Of a stretch of 64,000 bases of DNA, positions 28,728 through 37,963 are shown piece after piece (positions within the stretch are counted from its first letter, which is position 1; the number at the start of each line of letters is the position of its first letter). The notes under the pieces were generated by a model. The model was not told the DNA's origin. It saw nothing but the letters and a program-made list of their open reading frames with translations, and did no database searches. Both the position numbers and the translations under genes were made by a program. Source of the stretch: Candidatus Acidiferrales bacterium (GTDB lineage Bacteria; Acidobacteriota; Terriglobia; Acidiferrales; UBA7541); NCBI GenBank assembly GCA_049790315.1, contig JBAQYV010000056.1:537-64536 (forward strand), written 5' to 3'.

Positions 28728-29426
28728 ATGACACCGAAAGTAGTATCTACAGCTCATCTGGAGCAATTGCGGCGGCTAAGTACGTGCGTGGTAGCCAGCG
28801 CGATTGAGAGGTTTGGCGTGCGGCTTCGAAACACGGGCTTCGCCGATTCCGGAGTGCGGTGCATCTTCAAGGATCTGCCAACTACGGTGGGATACGCGAC
28901 GACGGCGCGAATCCGGACGTCCGATCCGCCGATGGAAGGCCGTAGTTACTACGACCGGACTGACTGGTGGAACCACCTACTGACGATGCCGAGCCCGCGC
29001 ATCGTGGTGATCGAGGACATGGACGATCCGCCGGGTTTGGGTGCATTTGTGGGAGAAGTGCACGCGAATATCCTGGTGTCACTCGGTTGCGCGGGACTGG
29101 TGACCAACGGCGCAGTGCGGGACATCGAGGACGTGCGCAAAGCGGGTTTCCCCTTGTTCGCCGGGAACATCTCGGTTTCCCACGGATACGCGCACGTTTT
29201 CGATTTTGGAAGCGAAGTAACCGTGGGAGGACTGAAAATTAAACCGGGCGATTTGATACAGGCGGACCGGCACGGAGTCCAAACGGTGCCGCTTGAAATC
29301 GCGGAAAAAGTTCCCGCAGCGGCGGAGGAAATTCTGCAAATAAGAAGAACGATCATTGGCCTGTGCCGGTCTTCCGACTTCTCAATTGAGAAACTGCGAA
29401 AAATCGTTCATGAAATCGGAACCTGA
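28728..29426 (+). CDS. RraA-family protein (RraA / HMG-CHA aldolase / oxaloacetate decarboxylase fold)
   Basis: STCVVASAIERFGVRLRN..., GAFVGEVHANILVSLGCAGLVTNGAVRDIEDV and GDLIQADRHGVQTVPLEIA match the RraA-like fold pattern. Confidence 0.8.
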   Translation: MTPKVVSTAHLEQLRRLSTCVVASAIERFGVRLRNTGFADSGVRCIFKDLPTTVGYATTARIRTSDPPMEGRSYYDRTDWWNHLLTMPSPRIVVIEDMDDPPGLGAFVGEVHANILVSLGCAGLVTNGAVRDIEDVRKAGFPLFAGNISVSHGYAHVFDFGSEVTVGGLKIKPGDLIQADRHGVQTVPLEIAEKVPAAAEEILQIRRTIIGLCRSSDFSIEKLRKIVHEIGT

Positions 29427-29503
29427 GTGTGGTTATGCGTGAAATCCCGCACTTCGGAGAGATTGCCACGTCATTATTGAGATCCAGAGAATCGAGCGCG
29501 AAC

Positions 29504-30847
29504 ATGAAATCAAACGACGCTGGTGGGCACCGATGGCCCAGAGTTCCGATGGTGTTTTTATTTATCGCGGGCGTGACGTGCGGATGCGGCGGCGGCAAGA
29601 ATAACGATGCCGACAATCCGGCGAACGCGCCGAAAGCGGCTGTTGTGATGGTGCAGCGCAGGGACCTTTCCGACACGCTCGAGATTGCGTCGGAATTTCT
29701 GCCGTTTCAGGAGATCGACGTCTACGCGAAAGTCTCCGGTTACATCCAGAAATTGGACGTGGATTGGGGAACGCACGTGAAGCGCGGCCAACTGCTCGCG
29801 GTGCTGGAAATTCCGGAGCTGCAACAACAACTGCTGCAGGACGAAGCCGACGTGCGGCACAGCGAACAAGATGTGGCGCGCGCGCACGAGGAGATGACGA
29901 GCGCTGAATCGGCCTACGATGTCTCTCACTTGACGTACACGCGGCTGGAAGATGTGGACAAGAGCAGGCCGGGCCTTGTCGCGCAGGAAGAAGTTGACGA
30001 GGCACACGGGAAAGATATTCAAGGGAACGCCGGGGTTTCCGCCGCCAAGGATTCGCTAGCCGGCTCGCAGCAGGCGCTGGCCGCGGCGCAAGCGATGCTT
30101 GAAAAAGATCGCGTGATGTTCGGGTACGCGCGCATCACGGCGCCATTCGATGGCGTGGTGACACAGGTGAACGCTTACACGGGCGCGCTTTTGCCCGCGG
30201 GAACTTCGTCGAATAAGGGAGACCTTTCGCTGTGCCATCTGTCGCAAAACAATCTGTTGCGGCTGGTGATTCCGGTGCCGGAGGAGGCCGTGCCGGACGT
30301 TAAGGATGGCGAGACGATCGCGGTAAAAGTATCGGCGCTGAACAAAACATTCCAGGGACAAATCGTGCGCATCGCAGGACAAATCGATATGGACACGCGG
30401 ACAATGCACACGGAAGTGGACGTGCCGAATGCGGATTACGTGCTCGTGCCGGGAATGTACGCGTCGGTGGAAATTCCGTTGCATCATTTGACGCAGGTTC
30501 TAACGGTGCCCATACAGGCGGTGCAGACTTCCGGCAACGGGCAAGGATCAGTGCTGGTGGTGAACGCCGCCAATCAGATCGAGCGGCGCGGCGTGACGCT
30601 TGGTTTGGAGACGGCGACAGAGTACGAAGTGACCGGAGGATTGCGCGAGGGCGAGCGCGTGATTTTCGGCGAGCAGAGCCAATACAGGCAGGGCGAGTTG
30701 GTTTCGCCGCAAATCGTTCAGCCAGGGGCGGCGCCAGCGCAAGCATCGCCGGCACCGCCAGCGGGTTCGAGATCAACGATCTCACTTACGCCTCCGCCAT
30801 CTTCGTTATCACCAGAGGGCGCGACCGCGCCTTCGGCGACGGAGTAG
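29504..30847 (+). CDS. RND efflux periplasmic adaptor (membrane fusion protein)
   Basis: It has the lipoyl/hairpin pattern DVYAKVSGYIQKLDVDWGTHVKRGQLLAVLEIPELQQQLLQDEADV...ARITAPFDGVVTQVN. Met-26 of the track ORF gives a signal/lipoprotein-like N-terminus (MKSNDAGGHRWPRVPMVFLFIAGVTCGC). A GTG at 29429, 2 nt after the RraA stop, is the alternative start. Confidence 0.85.
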   Translation: MKSNDAGGHRWPRVPMVFLFIAGVTCGCGGGKNNDADNPANAPKAAVVMVQRRDLSDTLEIASEFLPFQEIDVYAKVSGYIQKLDVDWGTHVKRGQLLAVLEIPELQQQLLQDEADVRHSEQDVARAHEEMTSAESAYDVSHLTYTRLEDVDKSRPGLVAQEEVDEAHGKDIQGNAGVSAAKDSLAGSQQALAAAQAMLEKDRVMFGYARITAPFDGVVTQVNAYTGALLPAGTSSNKGDLSLCHLSQNNLLRLVIPVPEEAVPDVKDGETIAVKVSALNKTFQGQIVRIAGQIDMDTRTMHTEVDVPNADYVLVPGMYASVEIPLHHLTQVLTVPIQAVQTSGNGQGSVLVVNAANQIERRGVTLGLETATEYEVTGGLREGERVIFGEQSQYRQGELVSPQIVQPGAAPAQASPAPPAGSRSTISLTPPPSSLSPEGATAPSATE

Positions 30848-30855
30848 GCGCGCCG

Positions 30856-33800
30856 ATGCCTTCATTTTCACTCAAACATCCTTACTTCATCATCGTGCTG
30901 TGTCTTTTCGCGTGCGCGCTGGGACTGATCAGCACGTTTCAAATGCCAGTGGACATGTTTCCGCCGATCAACATCCCGGTGGTGCTGGTGGCCACATTTT
31001 ACAGCGGCATGCCGCCGCAGCAGATCGAAGCGGACATTACCGACACGTTCGAGCGGTTTTTCACGCTGGGCAGCGGAATCGATCACATGGAATCGAGATC
31101 GATGACGGGCGTGAGCTTGATCAAAATATATTTTCAGCCGGGCACGGACGCGAACGCCGACGTGACGCAGATCTCAAATCTGGCGATGGCGGACTTGCGC
31201 CGATTGCCGCAGGGCACGCTGCCGCCGGTGGTGATGAAAGTGGACGCTTCGAGTTTGCCGGTGTGCCTGCTCACCGTGGAAGGGCAAGGCTTGAGCGAAA
31301 CCGAACTTCACGACGTGCTGCAATATCAAATCCGCAATCAGATCGCGGGCGTGCCCGGGGCCACCGTGCCTCCGCCATACGGCGGGAAGTACCGGCAGAT
31401 CATGGTGTACGTGGACCCGTTGAAATTGCAGGCGCATCAACTGAGCCCGATGGATGTGGTGCGCGCAACGGACCAATCGAATTTGATTCTGCCGGCCGGC
31501 GACGTGCGCATCGGGCCGATGGATTACAACATTTATACGAACGCGCAGGTGGCGAACGCCGAGGCGCTTAACAACATTCCGATAAAAACGGACGGACAGA
31601 ATTCGGTTTTCCTTTCCGACGTAGGCAAGGCCGTGGACGGGTCGGCCTTGCAATACAACATCGTGCGCGTGAACGGACAGCGATCCGTGTACGTGCCAAT
31701 TCTGAAGCAGGGCGGCGATACAAACACGATCGAAGTGGTGAATGGAATTAAAAAAGCGATCTTGACGCTGCGCGATATTCCGCCACAACTGAAAGCGCAC
31801 GTGGTATTCGATCAATCGCTATTCGTGAAACAGGCCATTTCGACGGTGATACGCGAAGGCGGGATTGGCTTGCTGCTGACGGCGGTGATGGTGCTTATTT
31901 TTCTGGGCAGCATGCGCGCCACGCTGGCGGTGTTTCTTTCGATTCCGATTTCGCTGCTGGCGACTTTTTTCTTTTTACATTTGGGAGGCGGCACGATCAA
32001 CAGCATGGTTTTGAGCGGATTGGCGCTGGCATTTTCGCGGCTGATCGACAATTCCGTGGTGGTGATCGAGAACATCTATCGACATCTGGAGCAAGGGGCG
32101 GAGCCAGCGGTAGCCGCAGAGCAAGGAACAAACGAAGTGGCGCTGGCGGTGCTTGCGATCACGCTGGTTACCGTCGTTGTGTTTTTTCCGGTCACACTGC
32201 TTTTCGGAGTGAGCAAATATCTTTTTTCCGCCCTGGCGCTCGGCGTGGTGATCGCGTTGTTCGCTTCTTACTTCGTCGCGGTGACGGTGGTGCCGCTGTT
32301 CTGCGCGCGGTTCCTGAAGGCTATCGCGCATCACGGCGCCGAGGCGGTGGCCGGGGGCGCGTCGCGAGCGTCGAAACTGGGCGCGCGATTCAACATCTGG
32401 TTCAACGCACAATTTCAGAGGCTGCTCGAGGCGTATGACCGGTGGGTGCAACGGGCGCTCGATGAACCAGGGTACGTGCTGGGTGGCTTCGCGTGCGTGT
32501 TTGTTCTGAGTTTCGCGTTGATGCCGCTGGTGGGACTTTCATTTTTCCCGCGAACGGACGCGGGGCAATTCGTAATCCATCTGAAAGCGCCGACGGGCAC
32601 GCGAATTGAGGTGACCGAAGGCTACGTGGCGCAAGTGGAAGACATCATCCGCCAACAAATTCCCAAGGATGAGTTGAACACGGTGGTCTCAAACATCGGA
32701 TTGATGTCCGATCTTTCCTCGCTGTTCACGCCGAACTCAGGAATGCATACGGCGTTCATCCAAGTGGGCTTGGCGCCGGACCATCGCGTGAGCAGTTTTG
32801 AATATATGGATCGCGTGCGGCAGCAGGTGGCGCAGCAACTTCCGCAAGTGCGCACATTCTTCGAGTCGGGCGGATTGGTGGACGCGGTGTTGAATCAGGG
32901 CGCGCCGGCGCCGATCGATGTGCAAGTGAGCGGCTCGGACTTGAACGCCGACAGCCGGGTGGCGCAGGATCTCGCGCGGCAATTCAAACAGTTGGCGGGA
33001 ATTTCGGACGTCTATGTGCCGCAGGATATGGATTACCCGGCGCTGCAGGTGAACGTGAATCGCGCGAGAGCGAGCGAACTCGGTCTGAATCCGCAGGAAG
33101 TGGTGGACAACATCATCACGGCGCTGACGTCAAACGCGATGATCGCGCCGAGCTATTGGGTGGATCCAAAAACGGGCAACAACTATTTCGTGACCGTGCA
33201 GTATCCGGAGAATCAGGTGCGCTCGATCGAGGATTTGAAGACGATGCCGTTGCGCGCACCGAAACTGACGCAGCCGACTTACCTCGATCAGGTGGCGGAC
33301 ATAACGCAAATCATGTCGCCGACGGAAGTGGATCACTACCAACTGGAGCGCAGCATCGACGTGTACGTGGCGCCGACGGCGGAAGATCTGGGAAAGCCGC
33401 TCGAGCGGATCAACAAAGTGATTCGGTCGACGGAGTTGCCCGCGGGAATTCGGATCGACACGCGCGGGTTAGTGGTGACGATGCAGCAATCGTTTCGGAG
33501 TTTTGGATTTGGTTTGGTGCTAGCGATCCTGCTGCTTTATTTGATTCTGGTGGCGCAATTTTCATCGTTCATCGATCCTTTTTTGATCGTCCTGGCGGTG
33601 CCAACGGGATTGATTGGCGTGATGCTGACGCTGGCGTTCACGTCCACGACGCTGAACGTGCAATCGCTGATGGGTATCGTGATGCTGCAAGGAATGGTGG
33701 TGTCAAACAGCATCTTGATCGTGGACTTCGCCAACGTGCTGCGCGCGCAAGGGCACAGCGTGCGCGAAGCTGTGGCGCATTCGTGCCGCATCCGGCTGCG

Positions 33801-34029
33801 GCCGATTCTGATGACTTCGCTTGCGACGATTGTCGGTCTGCTGCCCATGGCGCTGAAACTCGAAACGGGCAGCGAAGCGTATGCGCCGCTGGCCCGCGTG
33901 ATCATCGGCGGATTGCTGACCTCGATTGTGCTGACGGTTTTCGTGGTGCCGGCGGCTTACTTGATGATTTATCGCGATCGAGCGGCGACGGTGGGAAATG
34001 CGGGAGATGTGGTCCCGGCGGAAAGTTGA
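30856..34029 (+). CDS. RND efflux transporter permease (AcrB/HAE family)
   Basis: The protein is 1,057 aa with 12-TM RND architecture and the typical N-terminus MPSFSLKHPYFIIVLCLFACALGLISTFQMPVDMFPPINIPVV. Confidence 0.95.
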   Translation: MPSFSLKHPYFIIVLCLFACALGLISTFQMPVDMFPPINIPVVLVATFYSGMPPQQIEADITDTFERFFTLGSGIDHMESRSMTGVSLIKIYFQPGTDANADVTQISNLAMADLRRLPQGTLPPVVMKVDASSLPVCLLTVEGQGLSETELHDVLQYQIRNQIAGVPGATVPPPYGGKYRQIMVYVDPLKLQAHQLSPMDVVRATDQSNLILPAGDVRIGPMDYNIYTNAQVANAEALNNIPIKTDGQNSVFLSDVGKAVDGSALQYNIVRVNGQRSVYVPILKQGGDTNTIEVVNGIKKAILTLRDIPPQLKAHVVFDQSLFVKQAISTVIREGGIGLLLTAVMVLIFLGSMRATLAVFLSIPISLLATFFFLHLGGGTINSMVLSGLALAFSRLIDNSVVVIENIYRHLEQGAEPAVAAEQGTNEVALAVLAITLVTVVVFFPVTLLFGVSKYLFSALALGVVIALFASYFVAVTVVPLFCARFLKAIAHHGAEAVAGGASRASKLGARFNIWFNAQFQRLLEAYDRWVQRALDEPGYVLGGFACVFVLSFALMPLVGLSFFPRTDAGQFVIHLKAPTGTRIEVTEGYVAQVEDIIRQQIPKDELNTVVSNIGLMSDLSSLFTPNSGMHTAFIQVGLAPDHRVSSFEYMDRVRQQVAQQLPQVRTFFESGGLVDAVLNQGAPAPIDVQVSGSDLNADSRVAQDLARQFKQLAGISDVYVPQDMDYPALQVNVNRARASELGLNPQEVVDNIITALTSNAMIAPSYWVDPKTGNNYFVTVQYPENQVRSIEDLKTMPLRAPKLTQPTYLDQVADITQIMSPTEVDHYQLERSIDVYVAPTAEDLGKPLERINKVIRSTELPAGIRIDTRGLVVTMQQSFRSFGFGLVLAILLLYLILVAQFSSFIDPFLIVLAVPTGLIGVMLTLAFTSTTLNVQSLMGIVMLQGMVVSNSILIVDFANVLRAQGHSVREAVAHSCRIRLRPILMTSLATIVGLLPMALKLETGSEAYAPLARVIIGGLLTSIVLTVFVVPAAYLMIYRDRAATVGNAGDVVPAES

Positions 34030-34042
34030 TAGGAGAACCGCA

Positions 34043-35344
34043 ATGATACGCACTATTTTTTCGATACTTACTGTCTGTTGCGCCGGGGCCGTGGCGGTAC
34101 CGGCGGGCGCGCAAACGGCGCAAGCTCCACAAACGCTGACGCTGGCACAGGCGCACGCCATCGCCGTGCAGAATGAGCCGCGGCTGCTCTCGGCGCAATA
34201 TCAGGCCGCGGCCGCACGCGCGATCACTTCCGAGGAACGCTCGGCTTATTATCCACAAGTGTTCGGCGATTTGACTGGCGCGGATGCCGAAAACAACAGT
34301 CGCATCGCCGCCGGCGCGCTGAACAATCCGATCATTTACACGCGCTATGCGAACGGAATCGAAGCCACGCAACTGGTGACGGATTTCGGAAGGACGCACA
34401 GCCGCGTGGCGTCGGCCAATTTTGAAGCGAAATCGCAGCAACAATCCGCGGAGGCGACTCGAGCCGACGTGCTGCTGAACGTGGATCAAGCCTACTTTCG
34501 CGCGCTGGCCGCACAGGCTGTACTGAAAGTGGCGCAGCAGGATGTGGACGCGCGGCAAGCGGTGGCAGATCAAGTGGGCGAATTGGCGAAGAACAAGCTT
34601 AGATCTTCGCTCGACGTGAGCTTCGCGAATGTGAATTTGGCGCAGGGGAAACTTTTTTTGATACAAGCGCGGAACGAATTCCAGGCGGCGGAAGCTGGGC
34701 TTTCGCTTGCGCTGGGCGATACAAACGGGGGCGCATATCAGCTTCAGGACGAGCCGTTGCCGCCGGCACCGACGGGCGACGTGGCGGCATTGATCGCGCA
34801 GGCGTATCAACAGCGGCCCGAACTTGCAGGGAGCCGTTTTCACGTGCAATCGGCGCAAGAACATTCGCGCGCCGAAGCGGAATTGTGGCTGCCCACACTT
34901 TCAGCAGCGGGCGCGGCGGGCTTAACGCCAGTGCGCGAGGCGCCGCTGGACGACCGGTACGCCGCGGCGGGATTCAATTTGTCGATTCCGATTTTCAACG
35001 GGCGACTGTATGAAGCGCGGCACGCGGAAGCGAGCGCCGAAGAGTCCGCGGCGAATCAGGACATGATCGAACTCCAAGACCAGATCGCACACGACGTGCG
35101 CGTGGCGCGGCTAAACGCGAATACGGCGTATGACCGGCTGGCGGTAACGCAGGAATTGCTCGACCAAGCCACACAGTCGCTGCAACTCGCGCAGGCGCGG
35201 TACGACTTGGGACTGAGTTCGATCGTGGAACTGAGTCAGGCGGAACTGAATCAGACTCAGGCGCAAGTCAGTAACGCACAGGCCAATTATGATTTCCAAA
35301 CGGCGATTAGCGCACTGAGTTTTGCGGTGGGGACGCTGCGGTAG
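34043..35344 (+). CDS. TolC-family outer membrane efflux protein
   Basis: This is Met-16 of the track ORF, 7 nt after AGGAG (34031-34035). It has the signal peptide MIRTIFSILTVCCAGAVAVPAGAQT and two TolC repeats (LTLAQAHAIAVQNEPRL..., ...LQLAQARYDLGLSSIVELSQAELNQTQAQ). Confidence 0.85.
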   Translation: MIRTIFSILTVCCAGAVAVPAGAQTAQAPQTLTLAQAHAIAVQNEPRLLSAQYQAAAARAITSEERSAYYPQVFGDLTGADAENNSRIAAGALNNPIIYTRYANGIEATQLVTDFGRTHSRVASANFEAKSQQQSAEATRADVLLNVDQAYFRALAAQAVLKVAQQDVDARQAVADQVGELAKNKLRSSLDVSFANVNLAQGKLFLIQARNEFQAAEAGLSLALGDTNGGAYQLQDEPLPPAPTGDVAALIAQAYQQRPELAGSRFHVQSAQEHSRAEAELWLPTLSAAGAAGLTPVREAPLDDRYAAAGFNLSIPIFNGRLYEARHAEASAEESAANQDMIELQDQIAHDVRVARLNANTAYDRLAVTQELLDQATQSLQLAQARYDLGLSSIVELSQAELNQTQAQVSNAQANYDFQTAISALSFAVGTLR

Positions 35345-35367
35345 CGTAACTGCGTGTCGGCGCGCGA

Positions 35368-36783
35368 TCAGGCGCGTGCGGATTCTTCGCGCATTAATGA
35401 CCAGAGGGCGCGAACGTGTTCGAGTTCTGTGTGCTCGGCGCCGATCGATACGCGAACCATCCATCGGCCATCGAGTGTCGCCGGCGTGAGATACGCACGG
35501 CCCGAACGATTCACGCGATCCACCCAATCGCGCGTGTGACGATCGAGATCTTCGGCGGCGAGGCCCGGCGGCTCATGTCGCACGCATAGCGTCTGCAAGC
35601 GAACCGGCGCGAGGATGTGCCAATTGGGCTCGGCGGAGATTTGCCCGGCGAGCCAGCGCGCGTTCGCGAGATCTCGGCGCAGTCTTTCCTGCAAGCCGCG
35701 TACTCCTTGCTCACGAATCAAACACCACAGCTTCAGCGCGCGGAAGCGCCGGCCGAGCGGAATGCCCCAATCGCGGAAATTCGTCACTTGCGCGTCAGCG
35801 ACGGATTGCAGATAGCTGGGATTCGTGGAGAAAACGCGGACGAGGTGCTGCGCATCGCGCACATAGTAGAGCGAGCAATCGAACGCCGCGCCCAGCCATT
35901 TGTGCGCATTCACAATCAACGAATCGGCCTGCTCAATTCCCTGCCAGAGCGCGCGGCACTCCGGCAAAATCATCGCCGAGCCCGCCATGGCCGCATCCAC
36001 GTGCAGCCATACCGAGTGGCGACGCGCGATTTCAGCAAGTGTTTCGATGGGATCGAACGCCGTTGTGGCCGTCGTGCCGGTGGTGGCGACGATGGCGCAG
36101 GGACGAGCGCCATCGGCTACGTCGCGCGCAATCATTTCATCGAGCGCATCGGGACGCATGGCGTATTCGGCGTCGTGCGGCACAACGCGTACGTTGCTTC
36201 TGCCGAAGCCGGCGAGGAGCGCGGCTTTTTCGACGGAACTGTGGGTGTGAGCCGAAACGTAGACGGTGAGCCGCTGCGGCGAAGATTGCAGGCCACCGGC
36301 TGCGAGGCCGTAATTCGTAGATTGCTCGCGCGCCGAAATTAATGCAACAAGCGTGCTTGTGGAGGCGGTGTCTTGAATCACGCCGCTCCACGCGTCGGAT
36401 AATCCGACCATGCGGCGCACCCAATCGAGCGTGACCTCTTCGAGTTCGGTGAGCGCGGGACTCGATTGCCAGGAAAGGCCGAGAACGCCCAACCCCGTGC
36501 TCAGGTAATCGCCGAGCACGCTCGATAGCGTTCCGTTCGACGGGAAGTAGCCAAAAAAGCTGGGATGCTGCCAATGCAAAAGGCCGGGCATGAAGATGCG
36601 ATCGAGGTCGCTGAAAATCGCGTCGAACGATTCGGGCGCTTCAGGCGGGGCTACGGGCAGCTGCTTGCGAATTTCGCCGGGCGCGACGCGTGGCGCGACC
36701 GGCAATGAGGCGACGCGGGCGCGGTAGTCGGCGACCCAGTCGATCAGATGATGTCCGAGTTTGCGAAATTCTTCGGGGGTCAT
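35368..36783 (-). CDS. Group II pyridoxal-phosphate-dependent decarboxylase (aromatic-L-amino-acid/tyrosine decarboxylase-like)
   Basis: This is Met-179 of track ORF 35368..37317 (MTPEEFRKLGHHLIDWVADY...). It has HWQHPSFFGYFPS, TGTTATTAFDP and the PLP-lysine block SLIVNAHKWLG. The 178-codon upstream extension overlaps galE antisense and is Arg/Pro-rich, so I rejected it. Confidence 0.85.
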   Translation of the reverse strand: MTPEEFRKLGHHLIDWVADYRARVASLPVAPRVAPGEIRKQLPVAPPEAPESFDAIFSDLDRIFMPGLLHWQHPSFFGYFPSNGTLSSVLGDYLSTGLGVLGLSWQSSPALTELEEVTLDWVRRMVGLSDAWSGVIQDTASTSTLVALISAREQSTNYGLAAGGLQSSPQRLTVYVSAHTHSSVEKAALLAGFGRSNVRVVPHDAEYAMRPDALDEMIARDVADGARPCAIVATTGTTATTAFDPIETLAEIARRHSVWLHVDAAMAGSAMILPECRALWQGIEQADSLIVNAHKWLGAAFDCSLYYVRDAQHLVRVFSTNPSYLQSVADAQVTNFRDWGIPLGRRFRALKLWCLIREQGVRGLQERLRRDLANARWLAGQISAEPNWHILAPVRLQTLCVRHEPPGLAAEDLDRHTRDWVDRVNRSGRAYLTPATLDGRWMVRVSIGAEHTELEHVRALWSLMREESARA

Positions 36784-36925
36784 ATAAACTGGCCGCCGCG
36801 CGCAAGAAGCCAGGTCCAGCGGGAAAGAAGTTTGCTCCCGGCGAGCGGTCTGCGCAAGATTGCGGCGCGAATGTCGGGTCAAATCGCCGGTCGATTTGCA
36901 GGCCAACGGGAAACGGGAAAACACA

Positions 36926-37921
36926 ATGGGAATGCGCATTCTTGTCACCGGGGGCGCCGGATATATCGGCAGCACCGTCGCGGCGCAACTGGTTGAATCG
37001 GGGCACACTGTTGTGGTGATCGACGACTTGCGGCGCGGCCACCGCGGGGCGGCGGCGCGCGGCGCGGAGTTGATCGTCGGGAATGTGGGAGACGCCGCAG
37101 TGTTGGAGCGCGCGTTTTCCGGCGCCGGCATTGACGCCGTGATGCATTTCGCGGCGCTGGCCGAAGTTGGCGAGTCCATGCTGAATCCGGGCGCGTACTT
37201 CAGCAACAACACGTCGAACACATTGCGATTGATCGAGGCGATGGTGGCACGCGGCGTGCGCAAGATCGTTTTTTCCTCAACCGCGGCCGTGTTCGGCAGC
37301 CCCGAACGCACGCCCATCGAGGAAACGGCGCCGAAGAAACCGACGAATCCGTACGGCGAATCGAAACTTCAAGTGGAACAGATGCTGGCTTGGTTCTACC
37401 AGATTCATGGATTGCGCTATGCCACGCTGCGTTATTTCAACGTGGCCGGCGGAAATCCTAATTGCGGAGAGGATCACGTTCCGGAATCACATTTGGTGCC
37501 GCGCATCCTGCAAGTGGCGCTCGGCCAGTACAAGAGCATCAAGATTTTCGGCGACGACTATCCCACTCCGGACGGCACATGCGTACGCGATTACGTACAT
37601 GTGTCAGACCTGGCGCAGGCGCACGTGCTGGCGCTGGGCGCGCTGGAAAGCCGCGCCCCGCTGATTTACAACCTGGGAAATGGAAAAGGATTTAGCGTGC
37701 GAGAAGTGGTGGAAGCCGCGCGGCGCGTGACGGGCCACGAGATTCCCGCGGAAATTGAGGCGCGGCGGCCAGGCGATCCGCCGGTGCTGGTGGCAAGTTC
37801 GGAAAAAATCATACGCGAGCTTGGCTGGGCTCCGAAATATGCCGCGCTTGAAACGATCATCTCGAGCGCGTGGGAATGGCACCGCACACATCCGAAAGGC
37901 TACGACGACAAGAAGGCGTGA
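36926..37921 (+). CDS. galE: UDP-glucose 4-epimerase
   Basis: It has MGMRILVTGGAGYIGS (Rossmann GxxGxxG), PYGESK (YxxxK) and DGTCVRDYVHVSDLA. Confidence 0.9.
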   Translation: MGMRILVTGGAGYIGSTVAAQLVESGHTVVVIDDLRRGHRGAAARGAELIVGNVGDAAVLERAFSGAGIDAVMHFAALAEVGESMLNPGAYFSNNTSNTLRLIEAMVARGVRKIVFSSTAAVFGSPERTPIEETAPKKPTNPYGESKLQVEQMLAWFYQIHGLRYATLRYFNVAGGNPNCGEDHVPESHLVPRILQVALGQYKSIKIFGDDYPTPDGTCVRDYVHVSDLAQAHVLALGALESRAPLIYNLGNGKGFSVREVVEAARRVTGHEIPAEIEARRPGDPPVLVASSEKIIRELGWAPKYAALETIISSAWEWHRTHPKGYDDKKA

Positions 37922-37963
37922 GCGGCGCGCGCTGTGCGAGAACGCGCGCCGCATGGGCGTGGG

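Noticed and set aside
28088-28729. 213-aa minus-strand ORF overlapping the 146-aa plus ORF.
   Set aside because: It shares third-codon positions with the plus ORF, so GC3 cannot discriminate between them. Its composition (many Arg, Ser, Cys) looks like a shadow frame. Neither ORF is strongly supported, and I listed the plus one at low confidence only.
26705-28730. Genomic island integrated at tRNA-Gly.
   Set aside because: I found no integrase or recombinase and no direct repeat of the tRNA 3' end. The odd patch lies on the 5' side of the tRNA rather than the usual 3' attachment side.
36784-37317. 178-codon N-terminal extension of the decarboxylase ORF (track start 37317).
   Set aside because: The extension is Pro/Arg/Ser/Thr-rich and runs antisense through the galE start. 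The family N-terminus (MTPEEFRKLGHHLIDW...) begins at Met-179 (36783).
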